Shown here: one piece after another, positions 1 to 12,261 of the stretch | How the letters are laid out: each line of letters starts with the position of its first letter | Position numbering within the stretch: position 1 is the stretch's first letter | Assembly (NCBI RefSeq): GCF_001194135.2 | Contig: NC_068999.1 | Span: 3,844,160-3,896,604 of the forward strand | From: Octopus bimaculoides | Taxonomy: Eukaryota | DNA length: 52,445 bases | Direction: 5' to 3' | Translations under genes and position numbers: made by a program | The notes under the pieces: model-generated | The model's database searches: none | What the model saw: only the letters and a program-made list of their open reading frames with translations | What the model was told of the DNA's origin: nothing

Positions 1-34
<34 letters not shown>

Positions 35-199
35 TGTATATGTATATACATAACGCAGATTTATACGTACGTAAGTATATGTAATACGATAAAATGGGTA
101 ATGAGTTCTCACCTTGTCATTACAAATGGATACATTTTATGTGGTTTGTATATTCTTTATTCCATTCTCGCTATTTCACCTCTGTTTTGTTCAGGTGAA

Positions 200-236
<37 letters not shown>

Positions 237-412
237 ATAACTACACACTACAAACGTACACACGAATGCATTCAAATGTACTTACACACAGACATGCGCA
301 CATTTCGCAATACAAGCATGCTTATATACCCAAGTCAAAATATAAGGATACACACACATACATATATATATATATATACGTATATATATATATATATATA
401 TATATATTCATC

Positions 413-600
413 ATGTAACCTCGTGGGCATCGGTACCATTTTCCTCTTTCTCCGTTCTTCCATTCTCCGAACTTTCCATCTTTCCGACGAAGGGCTACGC
501 CCGAAACGTCATACACTCTCTCTTTCCTTTCCTGAGCGTCCAATAATACTATCCATATCACGTCCTCACTTTGTTGTTTTTTTGTTTCTTTGTTATTGTG
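413..600 (+). mobile_element. Interspersed repeat family D (Penelope-like LTR-type fragment carrying a hammerhead-like core)
   Basis: Clear second copy at 31259-31445 (shared AACCTCGTGG...TTTCCGACGAAG-GC...GC-CGAAACGTCA...GAGCGTCCA-TAA...TATCACGTCCTCAC). Confidence 0.6.
481..513 (+). ncRNA. Minimal type I hammerhead-like motif (variant core CCGACGA)
   Basis: CCGACGA-A-GGGC(UAC)GCCC-GAAAC-GUC. Helix III is the palindrome ACGU; helix I is weak in this copy. Confidence 0.4.
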
Positions 601-608
601 TTTTTGAA

Positions 609-644
<36 letters not shown>

Positions 645-645
<1 letters not shown>

Positions 646-1035
646 AGCCTAGATATGTACTGTGTGGCAAGAAGTTTGCTTCCCAACCACATGGTTCCAA
701 GTTCAATCCCATTGCGTGGCACCTTGAGCAAGCGTCTTCTACTCTAGCGTCGGGCCGGTCAAAGCCTTGTGAGTGGATTTGATAGACGGAAACTGAAAGA
801 AGCCCGTCGTATGTATATATGTGTATGTGTGTGTGTTTGTCCCCCATCACCGCTTGATAACCGGTGTTGGTGTGTTTAAATCACCGTAACATTGGCAAAA
901 GAGACCGATAGAGTAGATGCTAGGCTTTGAAAAAATTAGACCTGGTTTCGATTTGTTCGACTAAAATCTTTCAATGCGGTGCTCCAGCATGGCCGCAGTC
1001 AAATGACTGAAACAAGTGAAAGAATAAGAGAATTA
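645..1035 (+). mobile_element. tRNA-derived SINE, family B
   Basis: Homologous to 28258-28650, 31001-31258, 36501-36664, 50981-51410. tRNA-like head with B-box-like GTTCAATCC, internal (TG)n, tail ...GGTGCTCCAGCATGGCCGCAGTCAAATGACTGAAAC and A-rich end. Confidence 0.85.
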
Positions 1036-1646
1036 AAGATTATACATACATATACATATACACACACATACTACCAATTAGAGAAAGGATCGACGAAAAT
1101 TGCACTCAGCAACACCACCAGCCTTCCCCCCCCCCTATTCCCTCTCTCCTCTTTCTCTTTACACACACACACACTCTTACATACAGTTACATATACACAA
1201 GCTAAACACGCATACACATGCATGTGACTCCAATTGTTATGAATTTCCCACAGCCAAAGCAATCTGCTTGTAATTATCAATATTTATATTTTATAATTCA
1301 TCTATTTTGGTTTGTCACGAGTTCAGATTCTGTAGAGCAAGTTGTTGAATTATCCCCAATCTATTGGTGGGGGCATTTATATTTTGTCTATTTAATCTTT
1401 GAGGATAAACATCAATCATTTAGACGAGATTTGAACACGTAACCTATGGTTCCGTGACTAAATACAAGGCACTTTGTCCGTCACCCTAGAAATATTGTTG
1501 CTGTTATGTTCTAGAAGAGTGTGGCAGAGCTGAGAGGCATCTTTCTGCCTTGCTCTTTTTAGTGTCCCATTGAAGTTTGATTGGACAGATATTTGTGGTA
1601 TTGGAGAGTGTGGGGTAGAGAGGATTGATGTCTTAGCGTGGAGAGG

Positions 1647-1732
<86 letters not shown>
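1647..1732. repeat. (GA)n microsatellite
   Basis: Seen directly. Confidence 0.95.
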
Positions 1733-1735
<3 letters not shown>

Positions 1736-1769
1736 GAATAGAATGTGGTAGAAGAATGGTAGAAGAATG

Positions 1770-2030
1770 AAGTATGTCCTCGGGAGTGCTGTAGAGAGAT
1801 GTTATTCTGCTCGACGAGAAATAGAACAGAGAAGTATGTCCTAGCGAAGTGCGGTAGAGTAGAGAGATATGTCTTAGAGGATTGTGAAACAAAAAAAAAA
1901 AAAGACAAAAGCAAAAACGAAGGGTATGATCTTGAGCAGTGCAGTAGGGCAAGGAGATATGTCATAGCGGAGTGTTATAGGGCAGAGAGATCTTAGTTAA
2001 GTGCGGTGAGGCAGAAAATTATGTCTCATG
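1770..2030. repeat. Degenerate ~30-35 bp minisatellite
   Basis: Recurrent core AGATATGTCYTAGCGRAGTGCGGTAGAG, e.g. near 1832, 1865, 1955. Confidence 0.6.
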
Positions 2031-3973
2031 CGAGTCGAAACAGTAACCGGATTTCAATCCTAAATTGAACCACCCACCCCCCGCCTCTCCCTCCGTTTTA
2101 TTTACGCAACTGCAATTCTTGCGAACGACATCAACATCGTAACTCCCTTCCTTTCCCCCCTCTTCCACCTTCCTAAGCAAAACATAAAATCGTGTGCCAA
2201 CATTAATGTAACTAATACACAGGAAACCTAATCCCTGTTGTTTTATGTAACAGCTGTTCTTTGTGCCATTGTGGTTCTCTGAAAACCTTTATACTTTCCC
2301 AGCGGTAAAAGAATTCCTATTACTTTCACACTTTTTCCTATAAATTCTTTAAGTCTGATGTTGTTAGACAAGTCTCCCTTTCAATGTTCATATTTCTCGT
2401 GGCTTCAAGACAAATTTATAAATTCTATAAACTGTAAGAAATATGGTTTTCTCCGCTTCCATCCGTTCTCTCTTTCACCCGGTTTTGATGTGTTTTATTT
2501 GTTTTTGTCATTTTTTTTTTTATTTGTCAATTTTATTTATTATTCTTCGTGACGCAAGTTCGAATTAATTGAGAAAGACTTATTTTTCGTGTAAATCGAT
2601 TTTATATATCGAGAATAATAAAACGTATATCAATAAAAATATAATAATAATTTTAAGATATAGACGGAAAAAATAAAAGAATTTCTCGATTTTATTAAGT
2701 TCATTTCTATTTAATAACAATTTACAATGGAGTTATTTACTGTCTTCAAACTGAACATATATCTTAACCAGTCCCTTTGGCATTAGAAACTCGTATTTGT
2801 AGATGGTAGCAAAAGAGAGAAAATAAAACTACCAACTTAATGGAAGTCGAGGTTAAACAAAGTTCCAGTCTTAGATATTTATTTGAAAAAAGAAAAAGAC
2901 TCGAGTCAATTATTTCTTTTTCTGTGACATCACGTCTCCTTTCTTTACAATCTCCAACAGTTAGCTCTGTTCGTTGGTTAGTTTCAGCTAAGAAAGCAGA
3001 CACCACTGTTCTGTGTTTTGTGACATATTAGTTTTTAAAGCCAATCAGCTAGGCTTTGTAGCTGTTTAAAAACAAAAAATAAATATACAAGTAATAAAGC
3101 AAAAAGAATAAAAGCTGGTGATAAAAAAAAACTACACCGCTGTCGTCTGCATGTTAGGTTACTTTTGACATCTAAATTGATGTCTCTGCACTCAGCTGCT
3201 TCGACATAACATTTAAACGTGTTTAAAGATTAGATTTAAAACTGAACTGCAGGCATAAAGTGGCACCGAATATTTTACTGCAAACAGTCAAGCAAACAAA
3301 TTATAAACACAAATAGGGAATTAAAACCAACCAAGAAAGAAAGAAAAAGGAAATGGATCGAGATTATTAGTTGACAAAATTGTGTGACAAGGAGAAAAGA
3401 TATGTGAATGTAAACAGACACGACCATATGTTGGAAGGACAGCGAAAATAATAAGCAGATTATGACCAGATTTTTGCATCTAGCCACGAAAATAACAAAT
3501 GTTTTTATACTGATAAAAAAAGTATTTGAATAACTTCTCAATAAAATATTCCTGGGAAACTATGAGAAATAGAAGAAGCAATTTATTAATTCTACAGAAG
3601 GAAAACTATAACATTTAACCGTCGACTAAATTGAATCAAAATCATCCGAACGTCACATTTTAAATGAATTCGCTTCATAATGAAGCGTTTTGTTATTATG
3701 AGGACTTGTTCACCTTTTCTTATTATCTAAATGTCTAAAAGTGTTTAAAATAAAGGCGACCCTTCACAACATTGACTATTGTCTTAACTTAGTTTTCAGT
3801 CGTGAAATCTCTTAAGAGCAAATAAGCAGAAGGTATTTTTAACGTCTGCCTGACGCCATTTTTTGTTTCCCTTTCCGGTTGAATCAAACTATTCGTGTGT
3901 TTATATAACATAAAACAGCAAACATTGATTTAATTCTGGAGCATATATATCATTGTACATACATGCATATATG

Positions 3974-4024
<51 letters not shown>

Positions 4025-4118
4025 GTATGCACATATACATATATATATACACACTCACACATATATATACATGCATACATTTGTATGATTGAATGTACGT
4101 GTGTATGTAAAACGAATG

Positions 4119-4162
<44 letters not shown>

Positions 4163-4351
4163 CATACATACGTACATACATAGAGAGACATAAACGCATT
4201 CTGGCGTAAATATATTTGTGGCGCTGTATTTCAATATTTGCGTCTATTTATTAATATTTTTCTATAATTTATTTCTATGTAAAATGTATACATGCAAGGT
4301 GTATATACACACACACAAACACACACACACATGCACACACACATGCATAAT

Positions 4352-4390
<39 letters not shown>

Positions 4391-5512
4391 ATTATATATA
4401 ATATATGTATATACTTACGCATACATTTATACATGCTTATGTATCTGTAATATATATATATGCATATATATATATATATATATANNNNNNNNNNNNNNNN
4501 NNNNNNNNNNNNNNNNNNNNNNNNNNNNNNNNNNNNNNNNNNNNNNNNNNNNNNNNNNNNNNNNNNNNNNNNNNNNNNNNNNNNNNNNNNNNNNNNNNNN
4601 NNNNNNNNNNNNNNNNNNNNNNNNNNNNNNNNNNNNNNNNNNNNNNNNNNNNNNNNNNNNNNNNNNNNNNNNNNNNNNNNNNNNNNNNNNNNNNNNNNNN
4701 NNNNNNNNNNNNNNNNNNNNNNNNNNNNNNNNNNNNNNNNNNNNNNNNNNNNNNNNNNNNNNNNNNNNNNNNNNNNNNNNNNNNNNNNNNNNNNNNNNNN
4801 NNNNNNNNNNNNNNNNNNNNNNNNNNNNNNNNNNNNNNNNNNNNNNNNNNNNNNNNNNNNNNNNNNNNNNNNNNNNNNNNNNNNNNNNNNNNNNNNNNNN
4901 NNNNNNNNNNNNNNNNNNNNNNNNNNNNNNNNNNNNNNNNNNNNNNNNNNNNNNNNNNNNNNNNNNNNNNNNNNNNNNNNNNNNNNNNNNNNNNNNNNNN
5001 NNNNNNNNNNNNNNNNNNNNNNNNNNNNNNNNNNNNNNNNNNNNNNNNNNNNNNNNNNNNNNNNNNAATATATATATACATATGTGCATACGTATGTGCA
5101 TATATATGCATGTGTGTCTATGTGTGTCTATGTGTGTGTGTAGTGTGTGCGGTGTGTGCGGTGTGAGCGGTGTGTGCGGTGTGTGTGTGGTTATAAAAGA
5201 CTGAACCATAAACTAAGGTTATGTAATCTTTCATCAAATAGACGCGCGCGCGCATACACACACATAATAGATGCACACAAACACACACATGTGTACAGCC
5301 ATGCAATTATTATTATTATCATCAGTCAAAAGTGGATGTGCAGCCGCCATGATGCTTTCTCGCGTGACTGGAAGGAGAGAAAAAAGAGGAGGTAAAGGTG
5401 TTGTTGGCTTTGGAGTAAGAGAGAAGAGCTCAGCTGGAAGCCAGGGGGAAGATGAGGGGCAATGACTTGGCCATCTCTGCTGACCCACCAAAGAGAGGTT
5501 GTTACGGTTCAG

Positions 5513-5588
5513 GGTCGAAACACCTGATGAACGCTGGATACCGTCTGACGACATCCGTTTCCTGCTGACCAATATTCCATTCACTTTG
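5513..5588 (+). CDS. Candidate internal exon (VETPDERWIPSDDIRFLLTNIPFTL), unidentified protein
   Basis: ggttcag acceptor, 76-nt open frame, GTGAAT donor; no homology recognised. Confidence 0.25.
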
Positions 5589-5623
5589 GTGAATGGCTAA
5601 AGCACCTCCTTACAGATGTTATT

Positions 5624-5702
<79 letters not shown>

Positions 5703-5711
5703 GCATACATA

Positions 5712-6592
5712 CGTGGTCTGATCAATAAGTACCCGGACTGTTGCCACAGTAATGACGCTAAAGTACGCAGAGTGACGCCGTTCGGCACAGATTGACCTTA
5801 AACTCTGCTGTGCATGCGCACTAATTTTTAACCTTCTATCTCACTTCTGCTGTTTACAGCAGTGCTTGGAAGTAACGTAACCGTCGCATTGACCATGACG
5901 GAGAAAGTTGAGCAGAGGTTCTGCATCAAATTTTACCAAAAACTTGGCAATACTTGCTCAGAGGCCTACACAAAATCTTCAAAATGTTTTCATCGTTCTC
6001 GACAAAGTCAAGGAGATCTTGTGCAACTGGAACCCGAGTGTCTTTTTGGTCAGCTGAAAGCAGTTCTGGCACAAACTTGGCAGACACGCGTCTCATACCC
6101 AAATCTTCAGCGATAATGGACTGAACTGAACCGTAATTAATCTGCACATCCTCTGATAACTCACGGATGGTGATTCAGCGATTTCCCCTCGCAGTTGCAC
6201 GCACATCTGCGATGTTTTTTTTCAGTTCTGCTGGTTGCGGGTCTCCCAGAATGTTCGTCAATATCGACATTTTTTCGGCCATCTTGGAAACGTCTGAACC
6301 CACTCGTACACTTGTGTGCCACTCATACATTTCTCTCCATACACTTTCTCCAACTTTGCGTTGGCCTCTGAACGGTATTGCCATGACAACTTTCTCTGTC
6401 AATGCTACGATCACACCTTACACACGTTCCTTCCAAGCACTGCTGTAAATAGCGGAAATGAGCGAGAACGTTAAAACTTAGTGTGCATGCACAGCAGAGT
6501 TTAAGGTCAATCTGTACCGAGCGGTATCACTCTGCGCGTGCTTTAGCTTCGTTACTATGGCAACAGTCTGAATACTTATTGATCAGACCTCG
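5712..6592. mobile_element. Mariner-derived non-autonomous foldback element (two inverted 5' ends), TA target duplication
   Basis: Ends CGTGGTCTGATCAATAAGTA / TACTTATTGATCAGACCTCG flanked by TA. Inverted similarity extends about 165 bp or more. Both arms begin a mariner transposase. Confidence 0.9.
5976..6400 (-). pseudogene. Frameshifted mariner transposase N-terminal half (two HTH domains and linker)
   Basis: Translates in pieces to VYGEKCMSGTQVYEW...SGRPATS...ITIRELSEDVQINYGSVQSIIAEDLGMRRVSAKFVPELL...ENDENILK. FVPELL corresponds to the mariner WVPHEL motif. The + arm reads MTEKVEQRFCIKFYQKLG from ATG 5895. Confidence 0.85.
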
Positions 6593-6596
6593 TATA

Positions 6597-6636
<40 letters not shown>

Positions 6637-7160
6637 NNNNNNNNNNNNNNNNNNNNNNNNNNNNNNNNNNNNNNNNNNNNNNNNNNNNNNNNNNNNNNNN
6701 NNNNNNNNNNNNNNNNNNNNNNNNNNNNNNNNNNNNNNNNNNNNNNNNNNNNNNNNNNNNNNNNNNNNNNNNNNNNNNNNNNNNNCACACACACACACAC
6801 ACACACACACACGTAGCTATACAGACATTCATCGACAGACAGTTTTCTAAATAGGTCAGGTTTGAAAGCGTCGGCCACTACGTCCATTATTCCATGTAAT
6901 ATCTCTCGTGTACGTCAAGGAGACATGGACAAGGAGACAACAGATCATAAGATGTCCGCCTGTATTTAAAGATCACACATCAATTGTTGTTGACATCAAA
7001 ACAAATATCAAATGTTCTGCTGTGTTGTGGCTTCCAGCAAACTTGGTAACAGAATTTACGAGAATACCTGTCTAGTCATACATAAATGCAAAGCCATATA
7101 TTATGCGTGGGTGTGTGGGTGTCTGTGTGGTGTGTTTGTGTCTGCATTAAACACACACAT

Positions 7161-7194
<34 letters not shown>

Positions 7195-7635
7195 GTACCT
7201 ATACGTATATATATATATATATATATATGTACCTATANNNNNNNNNNNNNNNNNNNNNNNNNNNNNNNNNNNNNNNNNNNNNNNNNNNNNNNNNNNNNNN
7301 NNNNNNNNNNNNNNNNNNNNNNNNNNNNNNNNNNNNNNNNNNNNNNNNNNNNNNNNNNNNNNNNNNNNNNNNNNNNNNNNNNNNNNNNNNNNNNNNNNNN
7401 NNNNNNNNNNNNNNNNNNNNNNNNNNNNNNNNNNNNNNNNNNNNNNNNNNNNNNNNNNNNNNNNNNNNNNNNNNNNNNNNNNNNNNNNNNNNNNNNNNNN
7501 NNNNNNNNNNNNNNNNNNNNNNNNNNNNNNNNNNNNNNNACTCAGATGTCTGGATGGTTGTATATTTACAGATTTTTATTCATATGTCACATGTTTTATA
7601 AACTAGCGCTTTCACTTAGTCTTGTAGGTTTATCA

Positions 7636-7676
<41 letters not shown>

Positions 7677-7814
7677 GGAGATACTGAGAAGAAGTTCAAC
7701 TCCCACCAGCCCTCTTAATAATTTCCATAATCCATGTGACTCTTATATAAAACATAAATTAATACTTGCAAAACCATTTAATACATTTCTAGTGCAAACA
7801 CTATTCTTTTCTTT

Positions 7815-7899
7815 TTCCCTGACGATGGAGGCATTCCTTGGAAGTGAATCGTAAGATCACATGTACTCTTTGAATGTACTCTAGAAACGATCGTCGGAA
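7815..7899 (+). ncRNA. Type I hammerhead ribozyme candidate with extended helix II
   Basis: Helix I UUCC/GGAA; core CUGACGA (7819-7825) and GAAAC (7884-7888); helix II UGGAG-GCAUUC / GAAUGU-A-CUCUA; helix III palindrome ACGAUCGU; GUC cleavage triplet 7893-7895. Confidence 0.65.
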
Positions 7900-8222
7900 T
7901 ACTTCATTTCCTTTAAATACGGTAACAAAAAACTCTTCTTAAACATCTTTTACTCCTTCCATTCCATAATTTTTTTGAAATTCTTAAAAGAAATGTCTTT
8001 CTGTCTTTCATTATTTCTATCTATATTTTTATCTATACTCTATTATGTTTCTATATCTATATATAGATATTACAGCGATACGGGGTTAAAACACTCGAAA
8101 TATTTTGTTTTTAAGAGAAATACGGCTTGAGAAGATGGCGTTAACTTGTCGAAAATAAAATTTATCTATGAGAACAGATTTTAAATGTGGAATGAAATAT
8201 TAATAAGAAAATCCTTTTACAG

Positions 8223-8246
8223 GCACAGCGGAATAAAAGAAAAACG
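8223..8246 (+). CDS. Candidate 24-nt frame-preserving micro-exon
   Basis: ccttttacag|GCACAGCGGAATAAAAGAAAAACG|gtaagt; two of three frames open. Confidence 0.3.
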
Positions 8247-8484
8247 GTAAGTATCGGAGTTGTGAGAAACAGTTGAATGACTAATGAGATTTGGTCTGTG
8301 TTCAAGAGGAACCAGAAGACGCTTTTACTCATCAACTTCATCTAATCTTTAAAATCAGATAAAATGGTGATGAATTCTTTCAGATTCTCTTTTGTCTTTA
8401 TCTTTATTTTTACTCTTTTTTATTCCTCATCCATCGTTCTTTATCTCTTTCTCTGTATGTTTATCTCTCTCTCTCTCACTTCAC

Positions 8485-8521
<37 letters not shown>

Positions 8522-9289
8522 TCTCTCTCTCTCTCNNNNNNNNNNNNNNNNNNNNNNNNNNNNNNNNNNNNNNNNNNNNNNNNNNNNNNNNNNNNNNNNN
8601 NNNNNNNNNNNNNNNNNNNNNNNNNNNNNNNNNNNNNNNNNNNNNNNNNNNNNNNNNNNNNNNNNNNNNNNNNNNNNNNNNNNNNNNNNNNNNNNNNNNN
8701 NNNNNNNNNNNNNNNNNNNNNNNNNNNNNNNNNNNNNNNNNNNNNNNNNNNNNNNNNNNNNNNNNNNNNNNNNNNNNNNNNNNNNNNNNNNNNNNNNNNN
8801 NNNNNNNNNNNNNNNNNNNNNNNNNNNNNNNNNNNNNNNNNNNNNNNNNNNNNNNNNNNNNNNNNNNNNNNNNNNNNNNNNNNNNNNNNNNNNNNNNNNN
8901 NNNNNNNNNNNNNNNNNNNNNNNNNNNNNNNNNNNNNNNNNNNNNNNNNNNNNNNNNNNNNNNNNNNNNNNNNNNNNNNNNNNNNNNNNNNNNNNNNNNN
9001 NNNNNNNNNNNNNNNNNNNNNNNNNNNNNNNNNNNNNNNNNNNNNNNNNNNNNNNNNNNNNNNNNNNNNNNNNNNNNNNNNNNNNNNNNNNNNNNNNNNN
9101 NNNNNNNNNNNNNNNNNNNNNNNNNNNNNNNNNNNNNNNNNNNNNNNNNNNNNNNNNNNNNNNNNNNNNNNNNNNNNNNNNNNNNNNNNNNNNNNNNNNN
9201 NNNNNNNNNNNNNNNNNNNNNNNNNNNNNNNNNNNNNNNNNNNNNNNNNNNNNNNNNNNNNNNNNNNNNNNNNNNGTGGTATGTTTTCA

Positions 9290-9329
9290 TCGTTGTCGTC
9301 ATTGTCGTCGTTGTTGTTACTGCTGCTGC

Positions 9330-9360
<31 letters not shown>

Positions 9361-9468
9361 GCTCTTCTTCTTCTTCTTCTTCTTCTTCTTCTTCTTCTTC
9401 TTCTTCTTCTTCTTCTTCTTCTTCTTCTTCTTCTTCTTCTTCTTCTTCTTCTTCTTCCTCCTCCTCCT
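9290..9468. repeat. Compound (GTC/GTT/GCT)n-(CTT)n microsatellite
   Basis: Seen directly. Confidence 0.95.
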
Positions 9469-9529
9469 TTAGCCACAGGTCAGCTTTGAATTAACAGATC
9501 TACAGTGACATACATCCAATCCTTGAATA

Positions 9530-9700
9530 ATGATTTCAAATTTTGGCACAAGGCCAGAAATATCGGGGGGTTGGGGTGCGATAAGTCGATTAGATCGACC
9601 CCAATGCTCAACTGGTACTTATTTTATCGATCTCGAAAGGATGGAGAGTAAAGTCAACCTCAACAGAATTTGAACTCAGAACGTAAAGACGGACGAAATG
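9530..9700 (-). mobile_element. tRNA-derived SINE, family A (5'-truncated)
   Basis: Reverse complement matches 16654-16868 (GTTCTGAGTTCAAATT...TCGATAAAATAAGTACCAGTT...GGGGTCGATCTAATCGAC). Confidence 0.85.
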
Positions 9701-10019
9701 CAGACACAGAGACAGGCAGAAACAAGGAAAATGCCCCAAGTATTCGAATACTATGCAAATATTCTTTTAAAAGACTTTTTTTTAAATTTTTCAAAAATTT
9801 AATTGTTTTCCATATTTAGAGTTGAAAAAGTCTCAATGACTGAAATCGGTACTGAAATGTTTTTTATAAAATTATTTTAGCATATATATATGTGTATGTG
9901 TATGTGTGTGTGTCTGTGTGCCTGTGTATATACATACATAGTATGGTTTAAGATTAAGAAATACGCAGAAACAAACAACTTAATGAATATGGTATCAGAT
10001 ATGTGTACGGGGGCAGTAT

Positions 10020-10083
<64 letters not shown>

Positions 10084-10313
10084 ATGTGTGTGCAAACACA
10101 TGCACAGGCGCAGATAAATATATTCTCACGCACCGACGCATATATATTGTATAATGTAAAATTTATCTCTCTGACATAAACACACACAGCTTTAAACATA
10201 CTTGCAATGCATACAATATATAATACTTACACACGCGCACACACATACACACACATATATATGCATATACATATATGCGCGTCTGTATATATATATACAT
10301 ATATATACATATA

Positions 10314-10367
<54 letters not shown>

Positions 10368-12228
10368 TATATATATACAAGCACATATATACATTTAAAC
10401 ATTTATAAATGCATATACATATATACACACAATATTTATGTATCTGTATACGTATGTATGTATTATCTGTGTGCATATTGGATAAGTTTGTCACTCTGTG
10501 TATATAGTAAACGGATATAGACAACTAAATGCACACACACGCACACACAGATACATACATACATACATACTTACATACATGCAAACACACACACACATAC
10601 ACAGACATACACACACAGAGAAACAAATGCACTAAATGCATGCATCTCTACGTCATTTGCTGTCGGCGTTTCACCTTTTTTTTCTTGCAACTTTGCCTTC
10701 AAATCCTACATGAAAAAGAAAAAAAAGACGGAAAGACTAAAGACTAAAGACTAAAGACAATCGGAAAAAGAAACACTTTGATCCTTACCACTACCATCAC
10801 CATCATCACCAACACCACCAACCACACCAACGCTATCACTACCACAGCCATCACCATCACCCCCACCACTGTCGTCAACTTCAAAGTACCAGGTCTAATT
10901 GTATTCACCAAACAGGAAATGCTTCCAGGTGATATGAAAGCATGTGATATTGATATCGTCTGCCTTGAAGAGAAGACAATTCCTGGCAACCTACAATAAA
11001 CAAAATGGCCGCTACCGCCATATTTTTACTGCAGTCACCTTCTTAACACTTCAGATATTAATATATAAGACATAAATGTACCGGGCTGTAGGGGGGAGAA
11101 AGATGTCTGCTGCCATCAATAACAGCATTTTTTATATTATCGCTGATACGACCCTCGCACTCTGTGGAAAATTTCTCGTTGTTGATGTTGTTATAGTTAC
11201 AGTTGCACTTGTTTTATAGTTGAGGCCTTTGTTGTTGTACCAGGTCGGACTTGTAGTATGCCATCAAAAGCCTTCCAAATGTGACCTACCAGTCTTTTAT
11301 TTTCCCAAGTGTATTTAGAACATCATTATTTCAATGGGTTTTTCTTTTTTGTTTTTAATTAAAACAGTTGATTGTGTTGTGAGTAAGTGTTGGCTACTAT
11401 TTCTTGTTGTCTAACGACCATATTTAGGGGTTCCTGTTGATTCGCAAGAACGAAAGTGGAGGATATGATTGATAATTCATTTTGATTATTCTCAGAATCG
11501 AGCTACGGAATCTTCAAGATGGCTTTCCTGTCCAGTACCGTTGCTGGGTCTCCAGCCTGCCTGGTTGGAATTTCATTATCTTTCTGCTAGTCTGGAAATT
11601 CAGAGAATGAAAAATGACACACTTTCCAAAATTCGGAGCAAGAGCTATAAAACCATCTCAACACCAATGCGTCACGAAACTGTAAATTTTGCCAAATTAA
11701 ACGATTTTAGATAAGAAAATCACCAGTGATATCATTAAACCGAAGATCGGCGTTCTTGTTCAACTATCGTCATTCGAAAAAGTATGTTTTGGACAACTTT
11801 TGTTCAGTTCAAAACCCTAAGATTCAAATCCACAATCATCAGATCTAATAAACATTGTGGGATAACTGCCCCATGGTAATTTCCGGCCTGAAATGGGTTA
11901 CTACCCTTATACCACGGAAACGTAAGCAGCAATAATATTTCTGGCCTGCTACAAATTCGATTTCATAATCCGCTTTGATCGATGAGAAACAGTCTAACTG
12001 GAACGTTGCTAGTAAAACATCAGCCGTTCCTTGAATATCGTCTGACCTTATCATGTCTCGACGTTCCATGCTTGAAACTCCCAATAACTACGTAGTGAAT
12101 CCTCAACCTACTCTCAATGAATATAAACTCTAGGTCATGGAATGAGTGTTCTCTCCTTCCCTTTGTAACGTGTATGTGTGTGTGTGTACATGTTTGTGTG
12201 CATGTGTGTATGAGTGTGTGTATATATG

Positions 12229-12261
<33 letters not shown>

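Noticed and set aside
6850-6960. Minus-strand MICCLLVHVSLT...GRR as a neuropeptide precursor
   Set aside because: The hydrophobic stretch is short, the frame ends within about 30 codons, and there is no supporting homology.
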